Below the pieces are notes generated by a model, which saw nothing but the letters and a program-made list of their open reading frames with translations, ran no database searches and had not been told where the DNA came from. From positions 69,440,001-69,504,000 of the forward strand of contig OX597821.1 of assembly GCA_951406725.2 (NCBI GenBank): a DNA stretch of 64,000 bases. The letters run 5' to 3'. Source of the DNA: Octopus vulgaris. Lineage: Eukaryota. Positions 27,664 to 41,499 of the stretch are shown here, one piece after another (position 1 is the stretch's first letter; each line of letters opens with the position of its first letter). The translations under genes were made by a program, and so were the position numbers.

Positions 27664-27769
27664 TCTCATCATAAGTTTCAGTGAGCAGAGTCAAAGACAT
27701 GGTTGACCTAACTTCATCGGAGGCCACCATCTTGAAATTAGATACAAGGAGTGATTGTATTATCACTGA

Positions 27770-28230
27770 GAAAATATCGCAGAGATATATTCCAAGGAGA
27801 CAGCCTTTCTGTAAGCCCCTTGTCGTTCATGTTAAGGAAATCTGAAGGGTAACTAACTGGTTTTCAAAGAAACAGAAATACCAAAATTACACACTGTGTC
27901 TTTGTGGATGACTCGAACGTGTATGTCAAGAATATGCATGAGATGATAATGAGCCTTGGCCTGGTTAAAATGTTCTCAACGGATATAGGGTTGGAGTTTG
28001 GTCAGGATAAATGCTGCTATATGGTTGTGAAAAGAGGGGAAAACTGTAAAGCAGACTAGCAACATCTGCATCAGTGACTAAACTTTTCCCCTTATATATG
28101 ATGAGGAATGTTACAGGTACATAGGGGTAGATGAAATCATATCTTACGATGTTACAGGTACATAGGGGTAGATGAAATCATATCTTACGATGGTACCTGT
28201 ACCAAGACACGTGCCACTAAAGAATAATTA
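27770..28230 (+). mobile_element. R4-like RT fragment
   Basis: IFQGDSLSV, FVDDS, FS.DIGLEFG.DKC and YRYIG motifs; includes a 42-bp tandem duplication. Confidence 0.7.
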
Positions 28231-28650
28231 TCTCAACAAAAACCCACCCCCTATTAATCTTTCTCATACTTACCTTTCCAAATTCTTTTAAACCACATCT
28301 TCTCACTTCCCTCATAACACCCCACCCTCTTAAGTAGCCTCTTATTTCTCTTCCATACAAAAAGTACTTCATACTACCCCCACTTCTTTGGATACTAACC
28401 TGTCAACCTCTACCCCCTCCCTATTCACTTCCTTCTATTCATGCATTCCCCCCCCCCAACACCTACCCAATTCCTTTACACCATTGCTATATTGACTACC
28501 AACTCAACCCCACTTTATCCATTCCCTTCCATTTACCCCCATTCCTCTACATACCTTAATACTCTCCCTCAGCCACTGAACGAGCCAATTTATTTCCCTT
28601 AAATATTGGCCATTCCCTTTCTCAATATCTCAACCATTAATTCTATACAT

Positions 28651-28872
28651 ATTTCTTTATTACCCACAAGGGGCTAAACATAGAGGGGACAAACAAGGAC
28701 AGACAAATGGATTAAGTCGATTATATCGATCCTAGTGCGTAACTGGTACTTATTTAATCGACCCCGAAAGGATGAAAGGCAAAGTCGACCTCGGCGGAAT
28801 TTGAACTCAGAACGTAGCAGCAAACGAAATACTGCTAAGCATTTCGCCCAGCGTGTTAACGTTTCTGTCACC
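28651..28872 (-). mobile_element. SINE family B
   Basis: Reverse complement of 3573-3803. Confidence 0.85.
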
Positions 28873-29935
28873 ATTCATACCAACTAACACAAAATACTAC
28901 CATTCACATACGGCCTACAGCACCCTCCCCTCTTCCTCCTACTTTCCACCTCTGCTACTATAACTCCCTACTATTACCCCCCCCCCCCGTCTCACTCCTG
29001 ATATCTATTTTCTCCTCTCATCGTTGCTTATCTGAATACCTCCCCAACTCCCACTTAGCTCTCCACGAAATCATTCCATCTTTGAACTCCTTACCTCAAA
29101 CGTAAGATCTCTTCCCTGAAGACAGAGTCTCGTCTCATCCTATGATGGAATCAATCTGCAAACATTATCTTGGAATGCCGAGCCCCCACATATGTAATAC
29201 TTTTTCCCAACCCCTTTAATTCTCGATTTCATTTGTATTCTGTGTAAGTCGGACACTTTTTTCTACGTAAACATATATACATTTTTTTCTATACATTTCT
29301 TGTATTTCATGTACTAATATAGCAAAACTTTATATATTGATCTGTCTAACTTGCGTATCCCTACATTTATTTCTACTTACTATATATGTATGCATGTATA
29401 TATGTATGAATGTTATTCAGTGTTATTTCAAGATTTCTTGCCAATAGGGAAAGAACCGGTTTCTAACCTAGATCCAAGACTCCTGTGTGTGTATTCCTTT
29501 TTTCTTTGTTTACTTTTCTAAATTCTTGTTATTTCCGACGGGTTTAATTGAGTAACCCCAGCATATTTGACACGTGTCAATTCACAGTTGACTGATTTCG
29601 AAAACTTCTACTCACCCCACTCCCCCTTTCGCTCCTTCTATTCCCTTTTCTCTCCTTCTGTTTTCTTTTTCTCTCTCACTCTCCTCCCCGCTCTCTCTCT
29701 CTCTCACTCTCTCTCTCTCTCTCTGTTTTTCTGTTCCCTCTCCTCTCTTCCACCGCTTTCTTCCAAAATCTCACTTTCCTCTATATTTAGCTTTTCCCTT
29801 TTCTTCAGAATAAGTTATTGATCAAATTTGCTGCCTCATTATATTCGAGGTTACACTGCACACTCGCAATTGTTTTATTATTGGATAATGAAGCTTAAGC
29901 TTTCGGTACGCTGAATCAACAATAGTTTCGATTCC

Positions 29936-29980
29936 TGATAAACTAGTCCCGTTTCGGATTAAAACGGGACTAGTTTATCA
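29936..29980. repeat. Perfect 19-bp hairpin
   Basis: tgataaactagtcccgttt-cggatta-aaacgggactagtttatca. Confidence 0.9.
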
Positions 29981-30194
29981 AATTTAATTTTTAACATCAC
30001 TTGAATGCGTCTGAGGACATTGTAAACAATAATAACACGAAGCTCTCCATAGCTCACTTTCAACTGGCGCTCCTATATCTTCGTACTCATCTAAGGGAGG
30101 TGAATATTACACTCGAGGAAAGTTACATTACTCTCAAGGGAAGTTACACTACTCTTACAGTTGCACAGTGTAAATATCAGTACTTTCTACCTTT

Positions 30195-30580
30195 GTGGAG
30201 GCGCAATGGTCCAGTGGTTAGGGCAGCGGACTCGCGGTCATAGGATCGCGGTTTCGATTCCCAGACCGGGCGTTGTGAGTGTTTATTGAGCGAAAACACC
30301 TAAAAGCTCCACGAGGTTCCGGCAGGGGATGGTGGTGATCCCTGCTGTACTCTTTCACCACAACTTTCTCTCACTCTTACTTCCTGTTTCTGTTGTACCT
30401 GTATTTCAAAGGGCCGGCTTTGTCGCTCTCTGTGTCACGCTGAATATCCCCGAGAACTACGTTAAGGGTACACGTGTCTGTGGAGTGCTCAGCCACTTAC
30501 ACGTTAATTTCACGAGCAGGCTGTTCCGTTCATTCGGATCAACCGGAACCCTCGTCGTCGTAACCGACGGAGTGCTTCCA
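30195..30580 (+). mobile_element. tRNA-derived SINE family A, full length
   Basis: Reverse complement of 964-1348; TSD (a)ctttctacctt on both sides. Confidence 0.9.
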
Positions 30581-31386
30581 CTTTCTACCTTCACTCCCAC
30601 TCATAAACATAAGTTCTAATTTCAATGTACAGCATGAGAAGTTTACTCCGCAACCGGGCGATTTCGGGTTCGGTTCCACTGCATGACATTTTGGGCTAGA
30701 ATTTTCTACTATAACCCCGGGGTGATCAATGCTTTGTGAATGAATATGGCCGATGGAAACTGTGATAGAGCCCATCGTGTATACATAAGCATACACATAC
30801 ACACACGTTCGCACGCGCGCGCGTGCGTGTGTATTGTGCATGTATCTTTGTGTTTGCTTATGTTCCAGTAACTTAGCGATTCGGCAAAAAAAAACCCCTC
30901 CCATACAATAAGTATCAAACTTTAAAAAATATGTAGTGGAGTCGATTTGTTTGACTAAATGCTTCAAAACAATGACTGAAACAAGTGGAAGATGCTGGTA
31001 CCATCTTTCTGAAGTTGGATGCTGTTAGTGTTTACATATCTTCCAATGCAGTCGAAATTTGCTGATTCTGGGCTGCGATGATTAGGCTTTCAGCATTCTT
31101 TTTTAAGTAACCCTTGCTGAGACACTTCCATGATGCTTCCTGGTCTTTTAATTTGTTAGTTTCACGGTGGAACTGACCATATAATTTTGGTAAATCCTTC
31201 TACATTAGCAGCATACTGTAGCAGGTCTTGTTTGCGGTTTACCAAATATTCTGCCATGTTTCTTTTTTCACTGCTGATGTACTCCCATACGCTGATGTAC
31301 TCCCATCAGCCCACGTTCACCTTTACCCCTCTCCATGTAGAGCCTGTGTACACTTATTATTATTGTTGTTGCTGTTGTTGTTGTTG

Positions 31387-31456
<70 letters not shown>

Positions 31457-31458
<2 letters not shown>

Positions 31459-33000
31459 GAAAACTTACAGTTTATTTTGCTTGGTATGATGGAAAGTGTC
31501 AGCTGTCCACAGCCAGCAGACTAAGGTGTTTACTGGTCATGCTTCAAGAACTCTGCGAACAATTCTTGCAGTTCCAAGTAATGCTGGTTTTTGTAAGTGT
31601 TCTACCGTCATTCTTGCACCAATCTTTTCCAGCCATGTTTGTAGATGAGTGTCAATATTGCCAAGTGCACCAATTATTATTGGTATCAAGTCTATTCTCT
31701 TCATTGACCACGACATTCTTATTTCCCATTTTAAATCGTCAAAGTTATATTTTCTTTCACATTGATTCTGTTGTCACCGAGGCATGTTATGTCAATAATC
31801 ATACATGTTCTTTCTGTTTTTATTCACCACAGCAATGTTAGGTTTCCGATTTCTGGTCAGGTGATTGCATTGGATCATTATATCCCATAGGATCTTGCGG
31901 TTCCCGTTTTCAATAACTCCTTCTTAGGTTTGTTCACACTACACTTTTGTGATTTTCACAAAGCTCACACTGGATTATTCTTGCCACATTGTCATGGTGT
32001 CGTTTGTATTAGCATTGTGCCAATTTCGGGCATTCGCTAACGGTGTGTCATACTGGTTCACCCTTCTCACCACACGTTCTGGATTTGTCGCTATCGGTTG
32101 TCAATTTTGTATTTCATATAATTGGTCCTTAACGCTTGTTCCTGAGCTGTGCACATGAGTACTTCTGCCTCCATCTTCAGGTCACTCCTCCTCATCCATA
32201 GCCACCGGTCCTCTGTATCTATCTTGGCGTTGACATCTCATGCAAACTGACCGTACATTTTTCTTTTCCATGCGCTCTTTCTTTTGCTCATTTCTTGTTT
32301 AAATTTGTCTTTAATCACACAATTTTCAGTTTTAATGACGCCGGCCTTCTTCGTGTGTTTCAGCTGTGGCTCCACGGCATTTTTTATATACCACCCTAAG
32401 CTGTTTTCCTCTGCTTCGATACATTCCTAGCAACAGATCAAAATCTCACACCCTTTCTTCTGGACAAGTACAGCCTATCAATGTCACTCTTAGGGTTGAA
32501 GGCTCTGTGGACTGTTAACATTTTTATGCTCTTGACATCCATTTTCTTCATTTCTCTCTTTTGCCATTTCATAATTCCCGCTTCATACCGAAATGATGCT
32601 ATCACTCACGGATTAACTGCTTGTATTTTATTCCATCCAGTCAATTTTGAGCGCTGCACCAACCTCACTCTTCGGAAATACTACACCCTCAGTTGCTCTT
32701 TCATTTCCTTTTCCATTATCTCGTTGCACTCTAGTACACCAACGTATTTGAATCTTTCTGTTTAAATTTGTTTAATCAAGTCTCTATTCGGTAATTCTAT
32801 CCCTGCTATAGACTGTACCTTGCTTCTTTAGGTAGATTACTCCGCACTTCTGGAGCAAATTCCATTCTAATATCACTACTAAAACAGTGGACCGTATTCA
32901 CCAAGGACCTCACCTGTGTCACATTTTTTACCATACAGTTTCAAATCATAAATGAAGAGGAGTGGTTGATTGTTTGCGTTTCAAATCATCAATGAAGAGG
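31457..33000 (-). mobile_element. R4/Dong-like retrotransposon, 5'-truncated, between (TTA)n arrays
   Basis: RT C-terminal region, CCHC region and LQKPALLGTARIVRRVLEA* terminus; 3' UTR matches 46578-46665. Confidence 0.8.
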
Positions 33001-33035
33001 CGATGGTTATAATTGTTATTATTATTATTATTATC

Positions 33036-33172
<137 letters not shown>

Positions 33173-33173
33173 C

Positions 33174-33245
<72 letters not shown>

Positions 33246-34150
33246 ATGGTCTTCAATACAGTAAAGTGCGTGGCAGAGAACAATATTTAGTTCTCATTTC
33301 GTTTAGTGTTTAATTCTTTTAGGATTTGATAAATGTTTCGAGAAGATCGATGTGTACTGTTTTTCCTGCTTTGGTTAAGCAATAAATAGAAAAATATACG
33401 GTTTGTGGGAATGGTTCAAATTCTGGTTCACGCCAAAATCTATACGAATGTTTAATGATGCATATCTTTGTAATATCGCTTGAAAATTGATATTTTTTTG
33501 TTGCCACACTGAATTATGTGCGGATGTTAATGTAAGATAGTTTGCAAGACAACCCAAAGAAGCAATGGGACAGAGGTAGGAAAGTAGAGAAAACGTAGGG
33601 TTAATGGTAAGCATTATCCCAAAGACGATATGTGTTTTGTTGTATTTAATATATATATTTTTCGTCCTATTTATGCAACAAAAGATTATAACAGACGAAA
33701 CACAAGTGTGTATCACACTTAATGTAAACAGATCGTGAATATTGTGGTATTTGTCCTGAAGTAATATCTCTTACACACGCGCAGTGTTTAAGTTATAATA
33801 TAAATCGGAGGTAGACGAAATCGTTCACCAGGATCTGGTGAAAATGCTAGATGCATTTATGCATAGTTGGGCGTTATCAATAGCCTTCACTCAAAGCTAA
33901 TTGCATGCTAACATGAAATGTCTTTCCATCCATATAAGGAAACTGTGAATAAACATTCACTAGTGTTGCGAATATTCTTATACTTAAGAACGATTTTCTT
34001 CTATTTCCGATGTATATTGCATTTTTAAACAGAGCACGTCCATAAATGTTCACTAGATCTATACTGCAGTAAATTTGTCTTTCCTGATGTATTTGCATTC
34101 AGTATGATGTGTAGATGGCTATCATTTTCGTATTTACTGATCTCAATACG

Positions 34151-34167
34151 TTTTTTTTCTTCTTCAG
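34151..34167 (+). promoter_or_regulatory. Putative 3' splice acceptor
   Basis: ttttttttcttcttcag ending at 34167, 30 nt before the ATG at 34198. Confidence 0.6.
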
Positions 34168-34197
34168 CTATTCAAACAGCCAGATTCATGTGTGACG

Positions 34198-35265
34198 ATG
34201 CCAAAACACTTTCGTTCAATGAAGACAGCTTTACACCAAGCTGTCCTCGATCAACGTTTACATCAAGTACGTCTGCTGATAAAACAACGAGTCAATGTGA
34301 ACATACAAGATTTGTACGGCCGCACTCCTCTTATGGTGGCCTGCTTTCTGGATGATGAGACGAAAGCGTTTAAAATTGTACGTACCCTCATTCGGGCTGG
34401 TTCTTGCTTGGACATTTACGATGATTTCCACCGATCTGCCTTATCCTATGCCGCGTTAAACGGACTGATGAACGTTCTTTCATTTTTACTGCAGTTAGAC
34501 AGCTGTACGGACTTTAACGAAGTTGATAATAATGGAAACACTTTGCTGCATATGGCAGCTGAATCAGGTAATCCGGAGTTGGTTAACTTCTTACTGGACG
34601 ATTTTGAAAAATATCATCATCACAAAATTGATGTAGAGAACTCTGAGGGTTTCACCCCGTTCTTGTTGGCTTGTAAAAACAACAATTGTGCGTCAGCTCA
34701 CATATTGCTGACTAAAGGCAAGGCTTGTATAGATGTGAGGGATCATAGAGAACATAGAACTGCCGTAGAGTGGATTAACGTCAGCCAAAAGTCTATATTT
34801 CCCAAACTGAAAAGTCCTGTGCGAAATAAAACAAGCTCAATCGTACAAAACATGGCAAGTCTTTCTCGTGAATATACCATGTACAGAAGACATATTACAC
34901 CAATATGTCGCCATGTCGGTAATAACAAGCCAACCACTTTTGCAGGTTCGTATCGACGGATGAATAATGTTCACTTGAAGCAGAAAGAAAGATATTTAGA
35001 AGGGTTTGTTGATGCACGAGAAGCACTTCTCGTTGAAATTGCTAAAATCAACAAAGAACGTCGACCACTGTCTTCAGAGTCGAATTCCTCGTCTGTATAT
35101 CTTGATTTAGTAAATCAGACATGTTCGACTGAGCGTACAAAAACTGACTTGCTCTTACCACAACTATTCCAGCTGTATTCTGAACAACTTTTAGAAAACA
35201 ACACGCAACAGTTATCTGCCTTGACACTTACAAGTTCTCATTTAAAACAATCCACCACGGACTAA
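34198..35265 (+). CDS. Ankyrin-repeat protein (ANKRD34/ANKRD63-like architecture), single large coding exon
   Basis: 355-aa uninterrupted ORF with about five ANK repeats (TALHQA, GRTPLMVAC, RSALSYAA, GNTLLHMAA, GFTPFLLAC) and a low-complexity C-terminus; AATAAA at ~35354. Confidence 0.85.
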   Translation: MPKHFRSMKTALHQAVLDQRLHQVRLLIKQRVNVNIQDLYGRTPLMVACFLDDETKAFKIVRTLIRAGSCLDIYDDFHRSALSYAALNGLMNVLSFLLQLDSCTDFNEVDNNGNTLLHMAAESGNPELVNFLLDDFEKYHHHKIDVENSEGFTPFLLACKNNNCASAHILLTKGKACIDVRDHREHRTAVEWINVSQKSIFPKLKSPVRNKTSSIVQNMASLSREYTMYRRHITPICRHVGNNKPTTFAGSYRRMNNVHLKQKERYLEGFVDAREALLVEIAKINKERRPLSSESNSSSVYLDLVNQTCSTERTKTDLLLPQLFQLYSEQLLENNTQQLSALTLTSSHLKQSTTD

Positions 35266-35603
35266 TTCCACCCGCCAATTTTTTTCAAGCAACTCCTGCC
35301 ATTCCAAATAGCAAACTTCCAACTTAGTTTATTAACGTATTCAAAATAATATAAATAAATTCTTTTAAAAAATTAAAGATAATGCTAATAATTGTCAAAA
35401 GTTTTCAAAATAAGTTTTTAACCCATGTTATATTTTCAAAGTCTTTGCGAAAAATCGTCCATATATTTCTATTACACTGTATGAGAAAAATATTAAGATA
35501 CTATAGGTGCAAGCGTGGACATGAGGTTAAAAAGCTGCTTCTCAAAGTTGTGGTCTTGAATTCAGTCCTACTGCACGGAACCTTGGGCAAGTGTCTTCTA
35601 TTA

Positions 35604-35945
35604 TACGATGATGAACAAATGGGGTTTATATTTCAACATAGTCCCCTTAGCGGTGCACACATTTCTTCCGTCAGTGTTGCAGTGATTGCGTCCTATTTCA
35701 TCCTGCTGGTCAAAAACGTCAACTGCAGACATGACGTCCTCATCATTGCGACACTGGTTCCCATCCATGTATCCCTTTCGTGTTGGAGAACATATGATAA
35801 CCAGATGGGTCCAAATCAAGAGAATAGGGAGGGTGGTCAACCAGTTCAAAACCACTGTCACGCACAGAGCCATTGAAACCAATGACTTGTGAGCTGGAGC
35901 ATTGCTCTGATGAAAAGAACAGTCCTTTCGTCAGCTTTCTTCGGA
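35604..35945 (-). mobile_element. Mariner transposase 3' fragment
   Basis: GFELVDHPPYSLDLDPSGYHMF is a YSPDLAPSDY-type motif; lies next to a family C SINE fragment. Confidence 0.8.
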
Positions 35946-35959
35946 ATTTGGTCTTGGGA

Positions 35960-37400
35960 ATGTGGTCTATCCAGCATTCCGATCCATGAAAGGACTTGAC
36001 ATTACAAATGTCATAGATGTCACGCTTGCGGATGATGACATAACCCAGCAAGTGCCAAACTTTAGACCTTGTTGTTGCGTGATCCCCTTTGGGCATAAAA
36101 TGAGTACTTGCGTAGTAAAGTCCATGTTCATCGGAAAGCTCCAGCAACATGAGATCATTGCTATTCATTTTCCCTATACCAAAACGTCCAAGAGAGTCCC
36201 ATGTTTGCCAGTCTGTTCCAACATTGTCATTGAAATCCCCCAGTAGAATGACTTCATCAGAATTAGAGATTTTCCTAAGTATGGCTCTGGGCTGAGTATG
36301 AAAAATAATTTTATCTTCATCACATCTATTCAAAGTAGGTGCATAGGCACCTTAGAGTAGCAAACCGCCCACCTTCCAGGTGAAATCATAGAGTCGTTAG
36401 ATGTTCCTTTATAGGAACAAGAAGCTCCTCCAACTCCTTAAGGATAGCAGATCGAACTGCAAAACCAATAGCCTCTCTGCACTCCACCTTCATCCCCCCC
36501 CTTCTAAAAAAAAATGTATATCCACCTCCTACTTCCTCAAGCCTTCTATGCGAGTCTCTGAAAGTGCAGCTATATCAATGTTATGGTGGTTCAGCTCGTG
36601 AGCAACAAGTGCAGTGCGTCTTTCAGGCCTACAAACACTCTTTTTATCCAACAGAGTGCGCACATTCCAACATGACATGTTCAAGTTCCATCTAGATTTC
36701 GTAAAAAATAGTATCTTTGTTTTTCGAGCGCAGGGTGGACATTCATCAGTCGGGCTAAACTGACCAGATATAGAAAGACAGGCAATTTTTGGTTCACCTT
36801 TTCTAGAACCTCCCCGGCCTCCGGCTGAGCAGTGTCGTCTCAAAATGGAGCTGCTCAGACACCCATGCAGCAACCAAATTCTATCGTTGTCTAGGGCGAC
36901 AAGGAGACGACTTTATATCTAGTACGGGCCGCCTACGTGCAGGTCACTGACTACATGCTTCCAACCCGTCAGGTCTGCATGCTTCACCACCTCCTCATCG
37001 CCGTAGGACTTCTGAATAAAAATGAAATAAAAATATACTAAAAATAAATAAATATATATATAAATATATACTAAAAATAAAGATATGTATATACTGAAAA
37101 AAAAATATATATATACAGGGAAGAAAAAAAAGCAGCGCATACCAAGCAGAGGTCAGCAATGCCTGTGCTGAGTTTTAGGTTCAATAAGGCTTGCATGACA
37201 CCTCATAGACCCTCTCCACTCAAGAGACAAGCCGGAGCAAGATGTTTGGTTCCAATATGAGTCGCATGCTCAGGGATGTGGGAGTTCCATGACCTCCTGT
37301 TAGGTTTCTAGCAGCCCCCCTCTCCAATGTAGCCTGGTGGGTGTGCCGGTTTAGTCGCCGACAATCCGACCATGCAACAGGTTGTACTTGATTCCATGTT
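35960..37400 (-). mobile_element. RTE LINE 5' remnant
   Basis: CWNVRTLLD..RPERRTALVAHEL..IDIAALSETR, AYAPT, LLGDFN and WHLL.Y motifs. Confidence 0.85.
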
Positions 37401-37599
37401 ATCAGTAGAACTTATGAAAGCCTCATAAGTGACCTGACCTACATGCATGCATACATACAGGATTATCTGCCGGTGAAATGTGCCCTTATTGAAATTTTCC
37501 GAGAAAAAATAACTTTGGCATTGAAGTACTTTCTACCAAAGTAAGTAAAAAAAAAAAAAAAAACACCACCAGATACGGTATTAAAAGCTGTTAACAAAA

Positions 37600-39533
37600 C
37601 TTGAGTCTTTACAGCAATGTAATGAACGCACATTCTGTCAGATTAACGCCTGTCTATTTGCTCTGGCTACTACTGCAAAACAGTACATGAATGACATTCA
37701 AAAAGTGAACAAAAATGAAACAACAAAGTACCATCATGGGTTTTGAAGACAGAAAAAGATAGCTGATTAGAAAAGCACCTGGACGAGACTTGATTGATGG
37801 ACATTGTTACAAGAAGCTAACCTTCTATCGACAATATCGTATCAACCTGTACCAACGAGCTCTCAATGAGAACAGTAGCCTACCGCACTGGTTAAACTCT
37901 GACAGAGACAAAACTGATCCCCAAATGCAGAACCCCACATGGCAAAAAGCCAGGTGCCAGTTGCATGCCGGAACTTAATGTATAGGATATACACAGCGTG
38001 TTTAAATCTCTTCTTCGGAGACCATTTTGAAAGCAATAACCTCATCACAACAGAACAGGCAGCTGAGAAGAAGGAAGTCTGGGGATGTGCCTAGCAGATG
38101 TTAATCAACAAAACTGTGATGTCAGAGGTGCGGGAGCGTAGGAAGAGCCTAGTTTCAATGTGGCTAGACTACAAGAAAGCCTTTGACTCTATTCCCCGTT
38201 CATGGATGCTAGAAGCCCTTCAACTTGCTAAAGTTCCAGTGATCATAGTCAAAGCCATAGATGATCTGATTTCATCGTGGGCCACCATATTGAAATTAAA
38301 CACAAATGTGACTGTATGATCACTGACAGAATACAGTATCACAGATGCATATTCCAAGGGACCAGCTTCTCTGTGATGTTGTTTATACTTTCTGTAAACC
38401 CCTTGTCATGAGGCTGATAACATCATAAGACTTGAAAGGCACTCCTTGAGCAGCATACCTTGCCTCATAACCATAAAAACATACCCAAAGAAGTCGCGCG
38501 TGTAACGTATCATCACATGTAAGGTTCAGCATATATGAACAGAAGATATGTTAGTAGACAGCTCAAAGATGATAGTAACATTGATCACCAAAGCAGTGTG
38601 TCGTAGATCAACAACTGGATTATTACCTCCTACTTGAGACGTATGCGTTTGCAATCTAAGAACAGTAAATATTAACCAAATATCTAATGAACAAAAGGAA
38701 CAGAGAAAAGCAGTAAAATGTCACAATTGATGCAGGCTTTGTGGAGCTAACACCGAAGATATCACACACATTATAAGCAGTTATCTGAAAATGTCATCAC
38801 GGTATTATCTAACGACGAGACATATTGTTGTAGCCAACACACTATATAACGAGATCCGTCGAAAGTACAATCCCGAGGACAAAGAAATAGGAACCCACAG
38901 TATGACAGAAGTCATAGCCACTCATAATAGAAAGGAGCACTGATGGAATGTCCCAGTGAAAACCTCAATAGAATATAAAAATAAAAGAATTGATATAACG
39001 ATTTAGGATAGAGAAGAAGAATTGTGTACAGTTGTCTAAATCAGCTCCTCAGTGAATGTTAACATGAAGCTGAAGATCTGTGAAAAAGAGAATACCTACG
39101 CTGAACTATTGAGAAATCTGTAGTTACTCTGTCCAGATTACAAGTTCAGGTTTATACATGTAATTATTGGGGACCTGGTATATGTAACACACTACCTAAA
39201 TACCAATCTTGAGAAATTAGGCTTCTCAAAACCAGAAAGGAGAAACCTAATACGAAGACTACAGATCCACTCTATCACTGGAATTGTAAAAGTCTGTAAA
39301 ACTTCCCTGAAGTTTATCATTTATACATGAGCATGTCTAGATATGCAACTATATGCATGAGAATGCATCCATAAAACAAAACACGGAAAATCTGCACGTG
39401 TACATACATGCATACATTCATAAAAAAATAACCTGTTGCTGATGCTGAAATTCCAATGAAGGAGCCTTGGATCTAGGTTAGAAACCGGCTCGTTCTCTAT
39501 TGTCAAGAAATCTTGAAATAAAACCGAATAATG
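37600..39533 (+). mobile_element. R4/Dong-like retrotransposon remnant ending in (CATA)n
   Basis: WLDYKKAFDSIP..W, IFQG, CRLC..EDITHII and REL motifs; 3' UTR shared with 29410-29485. Confidence 0.8.
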
Positions 39534-39939
39534 ACATACATACATACATACATACATACATACATACATACATACATACATACATACATACATGACATAC
39601 ATACATACATACATACATACATACATACATACATACATACATACATACATACATACATACATACATACATACATACATACATACATACATACATTCATAT
39701 GACACCTGCTCAATGACCTCAGGTCGCTAGGTTCTGAGAAGGATAAAAGGCTAAGTTGGCCGCGGCAGGATTTCCACTCAGAACGTAAAGAACTGGAACA
39801 AATACTACAACGTCTTTTTTTCCCCCTCATGCTCTAACGATTCTGTCAAAATAAAAGACGAGAGAATTTGGCTACTAAGAACAAAAGAATTCCTTAGACA
39901 CACAAAAAACAAGTGAAAATTGAAAATTGAAAATTTCTA

Positions 39940-41370
39940 TTTTCTTCCAGTACTGTCTCAACAATGGTGCTACTCCGGAGCAGTGGAAAACTGCCAGTGG
40001 TCATTCCTCTGTTCAAAAAGGGTGACCGCACATCACCTGTCAACTATCGCCCAGTCAGTCTCACTAGCTGTATTGCAAAACTGATGGAATCGTGTGTCAG
40101 AGAAACACTCTGGAACTTCTGGAGCTCTCACAGTCTCATCCGACCCTCACAATATGGATTTGTCCCTAACTCCAGCTGCAGTGACCAGCTTGTCGAGTTC
40201 CTTGAGGACATTACTCAGATCACTGACAGTGGCTCATGGGTGGATGTTGTCTACCTTGACTTTGCTAAGGCTTTCAACTCTGTGCCACACAAAAGGCTTA
40301 TGGTGAAACTCTCTGCAATGGGTGTGGGGGATGACCTTTTTAACTGGTTGAAATCCTTCATCCTCAGCCGAAAGGAGGTAGTCACAGTTCTAGGAAAGCA
40401 CTCTACACCATATGAGATGTCATCGGGTGTACCACAGGGATCTGTCCTTGGTCCCCTCCTGTTTGTGGACATAGATGCCAATTTAAAGAATGCCACAGTA
40501 TTGAAATATGCAGACGACATCAAGCTGTACCTTGAAATCAAGAGGACTGATCCTGATGTCTACAACTCTTTCCTGCAATCAGACCTAGACACAATGCAGC
40601 AATGGATCACAGACTGGCAACTGAAACTGGCTGTGGACAAGTGTACCACCATGCATTTTGGGAGAAAAAACCCTGCGTCCACATACTCCCTCCACAACAC
40701 TGATATCAAGAAATCCTCTTGCGAGCGTGACCTAGGCATCACTGTCAGCAGTGATTTGCGTTGGACAAAGCATATCTCTAAAATTGTCAAGAAGGCCGAG
40801 GGTGTCTTGGCATCACTCAGCAAGACTTTTGTTAGCCGCTCTCCAGCCATCTATTTAAAACTGTATACAGCTATGGTACGACCACACTTGGAATTCGCAT
40901 CATCAGTTTGGAATCCCTATCTTGCTCAGAACATTGACCTCCTGGAATCTGTCCAGAGACGTGCAACCAAACGCATACCCTCCATCAGACACCTACCATA
41001 TTCTGAGCGCCTTGTTTCCCTGGGCTTGGATTCACTGAAGCTCCGGTGTCTGGCGACGGACTTGGTAAACACCCACAAGGTTATCAACCACCTCACCAAC
41101 AACAACACTGTACACCTTTTTGATCTCCATGTGTCTAACACACGTGGACATGCCTATAAAGTCAGAAAACAGCACAGCTCCCATGACTTTCGGAAACATT
41201 TTTTCACGCTCAGGGTTGCTGAAGCGTGGAATAAACTGCCTGCATCAGTTGTTGACTGCCATGACACTGCATCCTTTAAGGCCCTCATGCTTCCCGAAAT
41301 CCGTCGAAACTACACCTGATTATATATACACTTTAGATGAGTTGTAGTGCACCTGAGCACTGTACACAAT
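39940..41370 (+). mobile_element. CR1-clade LINE, 5'-truncated, with a largely open RT ORF
   Basis: ORF 39964-41319 with NYRPVSLTS, QYGF, YLDFAKAF, GVPQGSVLGP, YADD, ERDLG and RPHLEFA..W; 3' stem-loop then (TAT)n. Confidence 0.92.
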
Positions 41371-41499
41371 TATTATTATTATTATTATTATATTATTATA
41401 TTTGGACCACATTTAATCATTAAAAAAATTGAAAAAGTGGTGTTCTATAGTGATCTGCCCTGCTTCCTCTACTTGCAACATAGCAATTTTAACCTAAAG

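Noticed and set aside
35743-36333. ORF apparently fusing an APE endonuclease to a mariner DD34D segment
   Set aside because: Chance in-frame juxtaposition of two degraded fragments (RTE and mariner); motifs are mutated and incomplete.
39945-39964. Splice acceptor before the CR1 RT ORF suggesting exonisation
   Set aside because: The ttcttccag lies within LINE-derived sequence at the truncation region; there is no independent evidence of splicing.
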